DNA of 64,000 bases from an uncultured Desulfovibrio sp. (GCF_902477725.1 NZ_CABSIF010000004.1:31121-95120), one strand, 5' to 3'. Counted from the first letter of the stretch, positions 39,422 through 50,108 are shown. Program-made: numbers and translations. Notes: generated by a model from the sequence alone, not told the origin.

Positions 39422-40060
39422 TTATTTTTTCAGGGCCAGAAAATCGTGCTCGTCAGGGTCGTAATATTTGATTTCGCCAGATTCAATATAGTAGAGCCAG
39501 CCGTGAACGTGCAGATCGCCCGATTTTACTCTGTCGCGCACACACGGGTAAGTCATGAGGTTTTCTATCTGAAAAATGATGGAGAGTTTCTCTGTCAGGC
39601 GCAGCAGTTTATCCTGTCCAACTTCTTTGCCAAGTGCCAGTGTGGCAAGTTCCTTGGCTTTTTTGCCCAACGAAAGCCATCTTTGCGTGTGCACAAAGGC
39701 CTCGTCGCGAATGTCCTTGTACAGTGCTGCGATAGCGCCGCAATAGGTATGGCCGCAGATGATGATTTCTTCAACATTCAAGGCTGTTACGGCATATTCA
39801 ATGCCTGCGGCCATGGCGTGATAGTCCTCGTCCGGTTTGTAAGGAGCCACAAAGTTGCCCACATTGCGCAGCACAAAGAGCTGGCCGGGAGGAGTGTTGG
39901 TGATAAGCGATGGAATAACCCTGGAATCGGCGCAGCCGATATAGAGCACCTTAGGGTGCTGGCCGCTGGAAACCAGTTCCAGAAGCTCATTTTCATGCTT
40001 GCAGAAGTAGTTTTTTTGGAAAAATTCATTTCCCTGAAGCAAGCGTTCAACGTTCTTCAT
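39422..40060 (-). CDS. Beta-class carbonic anhydrase
   Basis: CADSR, FVLRNVGN, IEYAV, GHTYCG. Confidence 0.93.
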   Translation of the reverse strand: MKNVERLLQGNEFFQKNYFCKHENELLELVSSGQHPKVLYIGCADSRVIPSLITNTPPGQLFVLRNVGNFVAPYKPDEDYHAMAAGIEYAVTALNVEEIIICGHTYCGAIAALYKDIRDEAFVHTQRWLSLGKKAKELATLALGKEVGQDKLLRLTEKLSIIFQIENLMTYPCVRDRVKSGDLHVHGWLYYIESGEIKYYDPDEHDFLALKK

Positions 40061-40292
40061 CAAATAACCTCAATGAGCCTGATGGGTTGGGGCGTGCGCA
40101 GTTGCGGGATTTTTTTTGGGCTGCTGGATTGTCTGCAATCGTAGTAGGGCTTCTTTGCTTTGGCTGCTCGGCTGGCAGTTGCTGCCCTGGTCAGCGCTGG
40201 TGTCTGGTAAGGTTGGCGCTTGAACAAGCCCTTGCCGCAAACGCTCCATAGCCAGTGGGTAGGGCATCTTGTACCAAACGTCAAGAAGAGGG

Positions 40293-40332
40293 CACAGGGC
40301 CCGCAAACAGCATGACTGATGCGGGCCCTGTG
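40293..40332 (-). terminator. Hairpin after the MCP gene
   Basis: CACAGGGCCCGCA/TGCGGGCCCTGTG; weak U-tract. Confidence 0.55.
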
Positions 40333-40363
40333 ATATCTGAGCCTGTTCGGAGTCTACAGTAAC

Positions 40364-42784
40364 TTACCCTTGCGACAGTGCTTTCAACTGCGCGGCAAGG
40401 CGTGAAAGTTCGGCAACCGTGCCGTGCAGTTCACGCGTCAGGGTGTTGGTGGTTTCTGCAACATGCTTCACATCTGTAATGGCGCGGTTGATTTCTTCGC
40501 TTGTGGCGGATTGCTGTTCCGCTGCCGTGGCGATGGATTGCACGCTGTTGCTGGCACTGGCGACAATTTCCACTATCTGGGAAAGTGCGGCGCCGCTCTG
40601 GTTGGCCATTTCCGTGGCCCTGGTGACAGTGTCGGCAGTGTCCCGCATCTCCTGCATATTGCCCTTTGCCACAGATTGAATGGTGGTAATGGCTTCTGTG
40701 ACTTCCTTGGTGGCCTGCATGGTCTTTTCCGCGAGTTTGCGCACTTCGTCCGCAACTACGGCAAAACCGCGTCCTGCATCGCCCGCGCGGGCAGCTTCGA
40801 TAGCCGCGTTAAGGGCCAGCAGATTGGTCTGATCGGCAATATCCGAGATAACTCCCATGATTCTGCCAATGCCCTCGGTGTGGGTTTCAAGGGATTCCAT
40901 TTCCTTGAGCAGGGCACCAGTGTGGCTGCTGACCTCTGCAATGGCAGAAACAGCCTCATCAACAATTTCTGCGCCATGCCGGGCCTTTTGCCGTGCGTCC
41001 TCCGTCTGGTCAGCTGCGGAAGAAGCATTTTGCGCCACCTCGCGCACGGTGGAAGTCATTTCTTCCATGGCCGTGGCGGTTTCCTGCGCGCGGCCGTTTT
41101 GCGCATCCGCACCGTCCGAAACCTGCTGGAAGCGGTCCTTCATCAGGCCTACGGCTTCTGTCAGGCTGTCAGCCGCCGAGCTTATGGAGGTATTCACTTC
41201 CTGCATATGCTTCATGGTGGCTTCAATTTCGCGCTCTTTCAGCACCAGGGTGGTCACATCGCGCGCAATTTCCACATAGCCGATTTTATTGCCCTGGTTG
41301 TCGCGCAGCACATCACTGAATGGCTGAATATAATGCGGATTTTCCGCAGTGCCGATATCAAGTATACGCGCCACCACAGATTTGCCGCTGCGCTTGGACT
41401 GCGCAATGGGGCAGTCGTCGCTCTGGCACACTTCGGTATTGAAGTTGTCGTGGCAGAACTCCCCGCGAAGTTTTTTGATATCCTTCTCGAGCAAGGTTTC
41501 TGTGGCTTTGTTGGCGATGATAATGCGGTAGTCGTCATCCACGCCAAAGATGGGATCGGGCACGGAATCCAGCAGATTTCTGTACCCCTGCACCTCTGTG
41601 AGCATACTTTCAATCTTGTCCAGCAGCCGGTTGAACCATGACGCCAGCGCGCCGATTTCGTCCTCGGAGGAATACTTCAGGCGATTGGCCAGCACGGCTC
41701 TGTCTTCTGCAATTTCCTGAATGGTCTGGCGGATGCTCTGCACAGGCCGCAGCACTGTTATGCTGAGCACAAAGAACGTCATGACCAGCGGCACCACAAG
41801 CAGGGTCATGAAGGCTGCCGCAAGGATGATCCCCGCGCGGCTCATGATGCCCTGCTGTTCAGACAGATCCGTGCTGAACACGAGCACGCCGATCTGCTTG
41901 TCTTTGAAATCTGTAATGGGCATGCCGGAAAGCAGAGTGGAGCCGACAATTCGGGTAGTCGATCCCTTGCGGGTGGCGTCCAGAAAGCTCTTGTCCAGTA
42001 ATCCCTCAACGTTGCCGTCCTTGGTGCCGCTCACAAGAACATATGAATCGGCGACAATGGGGTGCTTTTCCTTGGTTTGCAGGCCCGTTGCAACCTTAAG
42101 GTGTTCGGCATTCATGTACAGCAGCGAGGATTCTCCCTCTCCAGAACTCAGGCCGTTCAGCACGTGCGTAAAGCTCACCAGCACTTCAACAGAACCCAAC
42201 TGGCTGCCCGAAAGGCTTGTGACAGGTGCAAGCCCCCGGATTTCAAAACCGCCGCTGCCGATTTCGACCCCGCACAGGGCTTTGCCGTTCTTGTTTACCT
42301 CAAGCACTGTGGGGCGGAAGGTCGAAAGATCGTCTGAAATATCAACCCACTTGTCCCCACGCTTGGTCTGTTTGTCGCGCCACAGGCGCGCAAAGCTCCG
42401 GGCCGGAGGAAAGTGGTAGTGTATCTGCGGCTTTTCGCCGATAACCGCCTTGAATCCGTCCAGCATGGGAGCGAGGGAAGCGCGCAACATTTCCCGCCCT
42501 CGTTGGGCGGTGGCGCTGTTTTCATCATTAATATCGCCTTCCATGGCAGTTCTGTAGGCGGCCTCAACCTCGGGCAATCTGCTCACCAGCGCGGCCATGC
42601 GCATGGCCTGTTCGCTGCACAGTTCAATGGCCTGCTTCATCTGCGAGGAGCGGGCTTCAACCAAAGTCTGTATATTTGTTTCGTTAAGTCTCTCAAATTG
42701 CTTTTGAATGACAAAATAACAACAAATACCGATAGCAAGTGTTATGCCAGCTATGGGGATGCAGACTTTTGCACGTAATTGCAT
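40364..42784 (-). CDS. Methyl-accepting chemotaxis protein (periplasmic Cache-like, HAMP, PAS, MA domains)
   Basis: Two TMs, [49 protein letters not shown] 42784 with GGAGA RBS. Confidence 0.94.
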   Translation of the reverse strand: MQLRAKVCIPIAGITLAIGICCYFVIQKQFERLNETNIQTLVEARSSQMKQAIELCSEQAMRMAALVSRLPEVEAAYRTAMEGDINDENSATAQRGREMLRASLAPMLDGFKAVIGEKPQIHYHFPPARSFARLWRDKQTKRGDKWVDISDDLSTFRPTVLEVNKNGKALCGVEIGSGGFEIRGLAPVTSLSGSQLGSVEVLVSFTHVLNGLSSGEGESSLLYMNAEHLKVATGLQTKEKHPIVADSYVLVSGTKDGNVEGLLDKSFLDATRKGSTTRIVGSTLLSGMPITDFKDKQIGVLVFSTDLSEQQGIMSRAGIILAAAFMTLLVVPLVMTFFVLSITVLRPVQSIRQTIQEIAEDRAVLANRLKYSSEDEIGALASWFNRLLDKIESMLTEVQGYRNLLDSVPDPIFGVDDDYRIIIANKATETLLEKDIKKLRGEFCHDNFNTEVCQSDDCPIAQSKRSGKSVVARILDIGTAENPHYIQPFSDVLRDNQGNKIGYVEIARDVTTLVLKEREIEATMKHMQEVNTSISSAADSLTEAVGLMKDRFQQVSDGADAQNGRAQETATAMEEMTSTVREVAQNASSAADQTEDARQKARHGAEIVDEAVSAIAEVSSHTGALLKEMESLETHTEGIGRIMGVISDIADQTNLLALNAAIEAARAGDAGRGFAVVADEVRKLAEKTMQATKEVTEAITTIQSVAKGNMQEMRDTADTVTRATEMANQSGAALSQIVEIVASASNSVQSIATAAEQQSATSEEINRAITDVKHVAETTNTLTRELHGTVAELSRLAAQLKALSQG

Positions 42785-43356
42785 CAGAGTTCTCCATATG
42801 CAATAGTTTAAAATACTATCGCGTGCTTGTGAAAAAACTTTAGGCTTGGGACAGGTTGTGTAAAAAGACAAAGACTCAAGCACAACTATTTACTAATAAA
42901 TAGCATGAGGCGGAGTATCTTTGTTCAGAACACAAGCAGAAATGATACCATAGCAGTGTGAAAAAAACAAGTTCCCAGATGATATCGTTTAATAATGAGA
43001 AATTATTCTCAAAATTGCCATTCCGATAATTTTGCGGGATCGTTTTTTTTGAAAACAGGGAGTGGAAATCTAAAAGCAGGAAACTGATAGTCGAAGATTC
43101 CAACTGGTGGCAGCGGCTCGCTGAGAAAGCAGAGAAGGCAGCAGGGGCGCAAGTTCTATCTGTGCCCGCGCTGCGGGCAGAGCCATGGGCGTGCAGGCAG
43201 ATTTTTGCCTTTTGACAGGCATTAACGTAGTATTCGCACCTGCGGCAGCCTGTAAGCCGCCGCTTTTATGTACAGGATACAAGCCCCTGAGCAGCCCCAT
43301 GCCTGCAAAGGCGGCATTTTGCATTTTTGACCACGCGTTATAGCGCTAGGGAGCCT

Positions 43357-44181
43357 ATGAACTCTTTTATAGTAGATACAGAATTGTGCCGCAAGGACGG
43401 AATTTGCGCCAAAGTGTGCCCCATTCAGATTATTGATGGCAATGTTGGCGAATACCCCTCCATGTCTTCGCACAAGGTCAGGGTATGTATTGGGTGCGGG
43501 CAGTGCATGGCCTTTTGCCCAGCCAATGCCTGTTCTGCGCCGGGGCTTTCATCGCAAGACAGCCGCCCCTTGCGGCGTGAACTGATCCCTTCGGCCGATC
43601 AGGTTGAAGAACTCGTATTTTCACGGCGCTCTGTGCGGAATTTCAAAAATAAACCTGTTCCGCGCGAGCTGCTGCACAGGATCCTTGACGGCGCGCGCTT
43701 TGCCCCTACGGCTAAAAACACGCAGGAGCTGCGCTGGATTGTTTTGGAAACCCGCGAGCAGACGGAAAAGCTGGCAGCTCTGGTCATTGACTGGATGCGC
43801 GCCCTGCCGGAAATTGACCCTGCCACTGCCAGGGACGTGCATGCCGAAAGCCTCGTGCGGGCATGGGAAGCCGGGTATGACGTCATCACCCGTACGGCCC
43901 CGCATCTTGCCCTGATTATTGCCCCCAAGGGACACTGGGGCCCGTCAGATGCCTCCATTGCCGCTGCCTATCTGGAGCTGCTGGCCCACGGACACAATGT
44001 GGGCTGTTGCTGGGGCGGCTACGTGTGCTTTGCCATGGGGCATCCCTCTGCCCACGTTCTGCGGGCCTTTGCGGGCGTTAAGGACGATGAGCAGGTCTAT
44101 GCCGCGCAGATGATGGGCTTTCCACTGCTTGCCCCCCATTTCAGACCGCCGCGCAAGGCGCTGGATGTCACCTGGCTGTAA
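43357..44181 (+). CDS. Nitroreductase family protein with N-terminal 4Fe-4S ferredoxin
   Basis: CRKDGICAKVCP, CIGCGQCMAFCP, RRSVRNF, APTAKN.Q, G.CW.G. Confidence 0.92.
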   Translation: MNSFIVDTELCRKDGICAKVCPIQIIDGNVGEYPSMSSHKVRVCIGCGQCMAFCPANACSAPGLSSQDSRPLRRELIPSADQVEELVFSRRSVRNFKNKPVPRELLHRILDGARFAPTAKNTQELRWIVLETREQTEKLAALVIDWMRALPEIDPATARDVHAESLVRAWEAGYDVITRTAPHLALIIAPKGHWGPSDASIAAAYLELLAHGHNVGCCWGGYVCFAMGHPSAHVLRAFAGVKDDEQVYAAQMMGFPLLAPHFRPPRKALDVTWL

Positions 44182-44198
44182 GGCTTTATCCCCGTAGC

Positions 44199-44245
44199 AA
44201 AAAATAAAGGCGGCGACCCGGGTTTCATGCCCGGGCTGCCGCCTT
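44199..44245. terminator. Terminator hairpin between convergent genes
   Basis: AAGGCGGCGACCCGG/CCGGGCTGCCGCCTT preceded by an A-run. Confidence 0.65.
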
Positions 44246-44264
44246 GCTTATCATTTGCTGGCTG

Positions 44265-44471
44265 TTACTGTTTGCGTCGGCGTACTGTAACGCTTTCGCC
44301 GCCGATGCCCCAGTTATCCGTGGAGAGTTCTTCAATAAGAACCACGGTGGTTGCGGGGTTTTTGTTCAGTACCCTTTGCAGCAGTTCCGTGACGCCGCGG
44401 ATGAGTTCTGCTTTCTGCTCCGCAGTGGGGGCTTCTGCACCGCCTGTTACCTTGATATTTACAAAAGGCAT
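44265..44471 (-). CDS. 4-oxalocrotonate tautomerase family protein
   Basis: N-terminal Pro (MPFVNIK), EQKAELI..VT, NWGIGG; 68 aa; GGAGG RBS. Confidence 0.9.
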   Translation of the reverse strand: MPFVNIKVTGGAEAPTAEQKAELIRGVTELLQRVLNKNPATTVVLIEELSTDNWGIGGESVTVRRRKQ

Positions 44472-44493
44472 CTGTACCTCCGCGATTATTGTC

Positions 44494-45360
44494 CTAGGGG
44501 GCCTTTTCCATAACGACCTTGATGTCTGCCGGTTTGCCAAAGTAGGGCCAGGTTGTGACCAGCACGTCAACGCCTGTGGCCGCATACTGGGCGGCGTTGC
44601 CGTCGTTGATGCCGCCAGCGGCCAGAATGACGATGTCGTCACGCAGGGCGCGCACGGCACCCACAGTTGCGGCAAGAGTCTCACAATCGAATTTTTCGCA
44701 CTGAACAATATCAATGCCTGCTTCTGCCACCAGCAGGGCATCGTCAAAGGTGTCCACCTCGGCGCTGATCTTGCGTTCAGGCGCTCGCGCGCGCAATTTG
44801 TCCATCATGGCTGCCACGCTGCGCAACGAGGTCTGTTGCTCACCGGGCAGAAAAACTCTGTGCTGGTCAAAAATGAGGATACTGTCCGAGAGGTTTTGCC
44901 GATGAATGATGGCCCCGCCGTTCATGGCCGCCTCCAGGCAGATGGCCTTGGCACCGGGAAAGTTTTTACGTGTCACGGCAACGCGCACGGCGGGGTTTGC
45001 GGTGTGGGCCTGCTCCACCATGTGCGCCGCGCGCGTGGCAATGCCTGTCATGTATTCCATCAGGGTCTGGGCCAGCTTCCAGCCTCGGTGCAGGGCGGCG
45101 GCGGGGCCTGTGGCCTCCAGACATTGCTGGCCCGCTGCAAGCCTGCCGCCGTTGGCGGCGGTGCGGCTGACAGAAAGGCCGCATTTGCGCAGGAGCATTC
45201 CGGCTTCTTCCACGCCGCTGATGGTGCAATCCACCTTGGGCGCAAAGCGCATGACGCCAGAAGTCGCGGCAATGCCGAGCAGTTCTACCGTAAGGTCAAG
45301 GCCGGGGCAGTCATCTGCCAGCAGGCCTTCCAGCCATGTATCGGAACAGGGAAAGTGCAT
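44494..45360 (-). CDS. modD: ModD protein (NadC/QAPRTase-like)
   Basis: DD.PGLDLT, EY.TGIAT, TRKNFPG, HR.NLSDSILIF, AAGGI; AAGGAG RBS. Confidence 0.85.
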   Translation of the reverse strand: MHFPCSDTWLEGLLADDCPGLDLTVELLGIAATSGVMRFAPKVDCTISGVEEAGMLLRKCGLSVSRTAANGGRLAAGQQCLEATGPAAALHRGWKLAQTLMEYMTGIATRAAHMVEQAHTANPAVRVAVTRKNFPGAKAICLEAAMNGGAIIHRQNLSDSILIFDQHRVFLPGEQQTSLRSVAAMMDKLRARAPERKISAEVDTFDDALLVAEAGIDIVQCEKFDCETLAATVGAVRALRDDIVILAAGGINDGNAAQYAATGVDVLVTTWPYFGKPADIKVVMEKAP

Positions 45361-45395
45361 GACATGCTCCTTGTAGATGCAGAACACTATACAGG

Positions 45396-45479
45396 CTAGA
45401 GCAATGTCGCTTGAGAATGTTCCGTCAACGGCGCAGAACCGTGCATTTGCGCTGAAGCAGCGGAGTGATAATGCTCTAG
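45396..45479. mobile_element. 84-bp element with CTAGAGCA/TGCTCTAG terminal inverted repeats
   Basis: Perfect 8-bp TIR overlapping the modB TAG stop; same termini as the 28216 element. Confidence 0.55.
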
Positions 45480-46183
45480 AATGACCGTTTTTGACACCAG
45501 TCGATGCCAAGGTACAGCAAAAGACTGATTATCGCCAGTATGGCGCAGAGCAGGGCTGCCCGCTGAAATTCGCCTGTGGATACGGCGTTGAACACTTCCA
45601 GCGAGAGCGTATTGGTGCGCCCCGCGATGTTGCCGCCGAGCATGAGGCTGATGCCCACCTCGCCCATGGCCCGCGTGATGCCCAGCAGCAGCCCGGCGGC
45701 AAGGCCATGCCGGATGAGCGGCAAGGTCACAAGAAAAAAACATTTGCGGGGCGTTGCGCCGCACACCCGCGCCGCCTGCTCAAAGCGCAGCAATTCTGGA
45801 TTGTTCAGCGCTGTTTGCACGGGCTTGACCACAAGGGGCAGCCCGGCCAGCCACGAGGCAAGGATGATGCCCCCCTGCGAAAACACCAGGCTGACGCCCA
45901 ATGTCTCCCGCAGGGCAATGCCTCCCCAGCCGTTGCGGCCAAAGAGCAGGAGCAGCAAAAAGCCCAGGGCCATGGGCGGAAAAACCAGCGGTAGCGTGAT
46001 GACAAAATTGACCACCCGCCGCAGATGCGGATTTTTCGCCATGCCCAGCCGGGCAAGAGGAATGGCCGTCAGCGCGTGCAATATCAGGCAGGCGCAGCAG
46101 ACCCGCAGGGTCAGCAGCACGGAAAAGCTGACCTCAGGCGCGCACAGGGCGCGCCCCAGTTCATGCAGTTCATGCAGCTGCAT
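45476..46183 (-). CDS. modB: Molybdate ABC transporter permease
   Basis: LPLVFPP..LG..LL, EQAARVCGA (EAA motif), RAMGE.G...M.GGNI.G.T.TL. Confidence 0.92.
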   Translation of the reverse strand: MQLHELHELGRALCAPEVSFSVLLTLRVCCACLILHALTAIPLARLGMAKNPHLRRVVNFVITLPLVFPPMALGFLLLLLFGRNGWGGIALRETLGVSLVFSQGGIILASWLAGLPLVVKPVQTALNNPELLRFEQAARVCGATPRKCFFLVTLPLIRHGLAAGLLLGITRAMGEVGISLMLGGNIAGRTNTLSLEVFNAVSTGEFQRAALLCAILAIISLLLYLGIDWCQKRSF

Positions 46184-46185
46184 GG

Positions 46186-46938
46186 TTACAGGCGCAGGCC
46201 GCTGCCGGCAAGGATTCGCTGCGCTTCAGGAGTTTTCAGAAACTGCATGAACGAGCGCACTTCAGCCTTGTTCTCCTGTCCGGCCACGACACCTGCCACC
46301 AGCAGCATGGGCGTATAGCCCTCGTGCACTTCCATCCAGCCGCCAACGCTGTCGCCCTGCTTGCGGGCAATGGCCTCGTTCACAAAGGCGGCGTCAAGAT
46401 CGCCGGAAACAAGGTAGGAAAAGACCTGCGGCACTGTGGAAAGCATGGAAAGCTTTGCCTTGAGCGGCTCCAGCAGGTTGTTGCCCTTCATGAAGGCCAC
46501 TGCCGCTCTGCCGTAAATGGCCGCCTGGGCATCGGGATAGCCGATTTTGGCAAATTCCGGCTTGGTGAGATCCTGCGCCGAGGCAAGGTGCAGCCCTTTG
46601 CGCCACGCCAGCACGAGCACGGCTTCGCCAAGCGGTTCATAGGCGGCAAAGGCCAGACCGGAATCCTGCAAGGTGCCTTTTTCCGAAACAATAATGCTGA
46701 CGCCGCTCCCCGCCTTAGCCTGTTCGATTATCTGCCCGATGTTGCCGCTGTACATTTCTGTGGGTTTTACGCCCGATTGCTGTGCATAGGCCGCGCACAA
46801 CTGCTGCACCATGGGTTTGTATCCAAGCCCGGTGGTGATGGATGGCCCGTCGGCATGGGCCGACTGCGCAAAAACAAGGATGCAGGCAGTCAGTATCAGC
46901 AAAAGGCGAAAACGTTCAGGCAATACCAGAGGCTTCAT
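46186..46938 (-). CDS. modA: Molybdate ABC transporter substrate-binding protein
   Basis: Signal peptide, AIYGRAA, VPQV.SY..SG..D..F; lies between modC and modB. Confidence 0.85.
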   Translation of the reverse strand: MKPLVLPERFRLLLILTACILVFAQSAHADGPSITTGLGYKPMVQQLCAAYAQQSGVKPTEMYSGNIGQIIEQAKAGSGVSIIVSEKGTLQDSGLAFAAYEPLGEAVLVLAWRKGLHLASAQDLTKPEFAKIGYPDAQAAIYGRAAVAFMKGNNLLEPLKAKLSMLSTVPQVFSYLVSGDLDAAFVNEAIARKQGDSVGGWMEVHEGYTPMLLVAGVVAGQENKAEVRSFMQFLKTPEAQRILAGSGLRL

Positions 46939-47668
46939 GTGCGGCTCCTGACAGACAAAAGGTGGGGTAAGGCAACAGGCCCAGATTGTGCGCTTTGCGC
47001 AGGGTATCCTCAACCATGCCTTGGGCTTCAAGGCGGCCCTGACGCAACAGCAGCATGCTGCTGCCAAGGGCCAAGGCCTCATCGGGCGAATGGGTGACGT
47101 ACAGCACTGGCACGTTCCACTGCTGCGGAATGCGCGCAATGTAGGACATAAGGCCATCCTTGAGGCTCATATCCAGCGATGAAAGGGGTTCGTCCATAAG
47201 AAGAAGGCTCGGACGGCAGAGCAGGGCGCGCCCAATGGCTACGCGCTGCTTTTCGCCGCCCGAAAGATGTGCCGGGCGTCTGTGCAGCAGCGGAGCAATT
47301 TCGAGCAGGTCGGCAACGTCATCAATGTTGGGCGCATCCTTGCTGGCGTGAGCGGCATGGAACCGGAGGCCGAAACGCAGGTTCTCGCGGACAGAAAGGT
47401 GGGGAAACAGGCGGGCGTCCTGAAAAACATAGCCCAGGCGTCTGGCTTCTGGCGGCAGGTTTATGCCTTGATCCGCGTTAAAGCAGGTGATGCCATGGCA
47501 GAGTATCTGTCCTGCATCTGGTGTTTCCAGCCCTGCAATACAATTGATAAGGCTTGTTTTCCCGGAACCTGAAGGGCCAAAAATGACAGCAATGCCGCAC
47601 TCCGCAAGCGTAAATGCAAGTTGCAATTCAAAATCGCCGTGTTTTTTATGGATATCTACGTGTAGCAT
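46916..47668 (-). CDS. modC: Molybdate ABC transporter ATPase (no TOBE domain)
   Basis: GPSGSGKT, VFQDARLFPHL, LSGGEKQR, LMDEP, VTH; alternative start 47728. Confidence 0.9.
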   Translation of the reverse strand: MLHVDIHKKHGDFELQLAFTLAECGIAVIFGPSGSGKTSLINCIAGLETPDAGQILCHGITCFNADQGINLPPEARRLGYVFQDARLFPHLSVRENLRFGLRFHAAHASKDAPNIDDVADLLEIAPLLHRRPAHLSGGEKQRVAIGRALLCRPSLLLMDEPLSSLDMSLKDGLMSYIARIPQQWNVPVLYVTHSPDEALALGSSMLLLRQGRLEAQGMVEDTLRKAHNLGLLPYPTFCLSGAAHEASGIA

Positions 47669-48022
47669 GGTCTGTCCTGAAGGCGGGGTGGGGCATGACC
47701 AGACGCCTTGCGCGGCTAGTTGCGTCATATCCAGCGATCATCAAGACCATACGGAGAGTGAAGCCATGTATCAATAAATACACGGTTTATATCATAAGCG
47801 TGAATGTTTGGGCGCGATCGCAGGGACAATCAGCATGCCTTGAGGGATGAGGCGGAGCAGACTTGTGCGTTTGCTGTGTTGCACGCAGCTAGAGGCCTGC
47901 AAGGCCAGGGGCCTCACCTCAGGCAAGCATACGAAACGAAAAAATTGGGTATGGAAGGCAGAAGGTGTTCTGCGCCCCCAGACGGGGCGGAGGAAAGAGG
48001 GCGTCAGCAGGGCCAAGGGCGC

Positions 48023-49597
48023 TTATGCGCCCATGCCTGCATTGCGTTCGATAAGTTTGACGGCCCTGGCAATCTGGCGGCCAAGGCTGGTTTCTTTGGA
48101 AAGTTCACGTTCCACACTGGTGATGCCCTTGATAACCGTGGAATGGCGGCGGTTGAATTTTTCGCCGATTTCTTCAAGAGTCAGTTCTGTGTGTTTGCGC
48201 GCGAGATAATACACTGTGTTGCGGCCCAGCACGCATTCCTTGCGGCGCGAGCGGGAGCTGAGCTGGCGCTCGTTGAGGCCGTAGCTTTCACAGACCAGAC
48301 GCACGATAGTGGGCATGTCCGGCCCGCAGCTGATCTCGGCATACTGGCTGAGCACTTCCATGGCCAGATCAAGGTTCAGACCGCAATTGAGCAGACGCGC
48401 CTTGAAGATGAGGCTATTCAGGCACGATTCCATCTGGCGTACATCGCCGTCAAGGCGGCGGGCCAGCAGTTCGCAAACGGAGTCGGGCAGCAGCACCTGA
48501 TAACTTTTGGCCTTGCGCTCAAGAATGTGGCGGCGCATGTCTTCTGTGGGGCGGCCAATATCGGTGAGGATGCCCGAGCAGAAATGCGACACAAGCTGGC
48601 TGTCTACGCGTTGCAGTTCGCGCGGCGAAAACGATGAGGTAAAAATGACGCGTCCGCCCTTGGCTTGAAGGTTTTTAACCACGGCAAGCGCCATGTCCTG
48701 CATTTTTTCCTTACCCTGGAAAAAATGCACGTCTTCAAGCAGCAGCACGTCAAGATCACGGAAACGGGTTTTGAAATTTTCGATGTCGTGGGTGCGCAGG
48801 GCAGCCACAAAGCGCGAGGCAAAATCTTCTGCCGTCAGGTAGCCCACGCGCGCGCCGCTGCGTTCTTCTGCAATGGCGCGGCCAACGGCTTGTGCCAGGT
48901 GGGTTTTGCCAAGGCCAGGGGCAGAGTTCATGAACAGGGTGCGTACGCAGCCGCTGCTACGGCTTACATCCTGAGCTGCCGCAACAGCCATATTATTGGT
49001 GGGGCCAACTACAAAGTCCGCAAAAGCATAGCGCCAGTTGGTCGCCAGACGATAGGCCGGGGTGCTGCTGATGGGCAGGGTGGCCTGCAACGGCGGGCGC
49101 GCCATCTGCTGTGCGGCAGTGTCCTGACGGTTGGCAGCTTCCGTGGCGTTGGCCGCCAAACCGGAAAATGTCGCGTTCAGTATGGAAGATGAGTGCGCGC
49201 ACTGCTCTGCCGTGTCAGCTTGTTTGGCGGGGGCTTCTGCATTATGGGCCAGGGCAAAAGAAGCGGGCTGTTGCACAGGGCTGGCCGCAAAGGCCGAGTT
49301 ATCCCGGCTGTCACGGGCTGGCAGGTTAGCAGGCTTGCTGCTGTGGGCGGTATCGCCTGCAGCGGTAATGCGCACGTCAACAGAAGCTGGGTCAAGTCCC
49401 AGCACCGGGGCTGCTGCTTCACGCAAGGTGGAGAGCATCTTGCCTTCAAGCCAGCTGGCCACAAAAGCATTGGGCGCGGTAAGCAAAAGCCCCCCCGCGT
49501 GCACTTGTGCCTGCAAGGGCGCAATCCAAACCTTGAAAACGCCGGAATGCAGCATTTTCTTGAGATTTTCAGAAATTTCCGACCATTGTTCGCGCAT
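48023..49597 (-). CDS. dnaA: DnaA-family protein (paralogue of the replication initiator)
   Basis: Domain I WI.PL..APN.F, FVVGPTN, Walker A PGLGKTHL, Walker B LLLED, C-terminal EIG..F.RRHSTV; no dnaN/gyrB nearby. Confidence 0.85.
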   Translation of the reverse strand: MREQWSEISENLKKMLHSGVFKVWIAPLQAQVHAGGLLLTAPNAFVASWLEGKMLSTLREAAAPVLGLDPASVDVRITAAGDTAHSSKPANLPARDSRDNSAFAASPVQQPASFALAHNAEAPAKQADTAEQCAHSSSILNATFSGLAANATEAANRQDTAAQQMARPPLQATLPISSTPAYRLATNWRYAFADFVVGPTNNMAVAAAQDVSRSSGCVRTLFMNSAPGLGKTHLAQAVGRAIAEERSGARVGYLTAEDFASRFVAALRTHDIENFKTRFRDLDVLLLEDVHFFQGKEKMQDMALAVVKNLQAKGGRVIFTSSFSPRELQRVDSQLVSHFCSGILTDIGRPTEDMRRHILERKAKSYQVLLPDSVCELLARRLDGDVRQMESCLNSLIFKARLLNCGLNLDLAMEVLSQYAEISCGPDMPTIVRLVCESYGLNERQLSSRSRRKECVLGRNTVYYLARKHTELTLEEIGEKFNRRHSTVIKGITSVERELSKETSLGRQIARAVKLIERNAGMGA

Positions 49598-50078
49598 GCA
49601 GCCTTGTAGCCCAAAATCAGATTTTGGGGCAATTGATGATTCCGAGCTGTTTGAGACATGAGGCCAATTTCTTATCCCCAACTTTGTTTATATCTAATAG
49701 GCCTGAATTTTAATGTTTTTTAGTTACTTGGCCTGTAGTCCCTATGATGGGATATCCTTTGAACGCACGGCTTTCATGGGATGTCTTGACATTTTAAACA
49801 TAGTGTCAAAAAGTTTTGCACAAATATAATTTGTTTTTACTCTGTTTTTCTCATGTATTCTTCATTTTTTAACTAGGCATCAGCAAACTATGCGCACTGT
49901 AAGGCAAGGCAGATTGTCAAGGGGGAAAAAGAAATTTTCGGTGGTTTCAGGTCGCATATTTGGACCGAAATTTCCACGAAAATTATATAAAAACTGTTGA
50001 TATTAAAGAAAGTTAAGAAAATATCCAGGCATGCCCGGTGCATGCGGGCAGCAGGTGAATACGCCTGACGCCAGAATG

Positions 50079-50108
50079 CAAAAAACCCCGGCCTGAGCCG
50101 GGGTTTTG
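50079..50108 (-). terminator. Intrinsic terminator
   Basis: AAAAAACCCCGGC/GCCGGGGTTTT downstream of the OMP gene. Confidence 0.75.

Noticed and set aside
47730..48020. Moco riboswitch upstream of modC
   Set aside because: Some pairing potential, but I could not find the conserved Moco RNA motif elements.
49600..50030. oriC next to the dnaA-like gene
   Set aside because: Only two box-like sites, a divergent DnaA, and no origin-linked genes.
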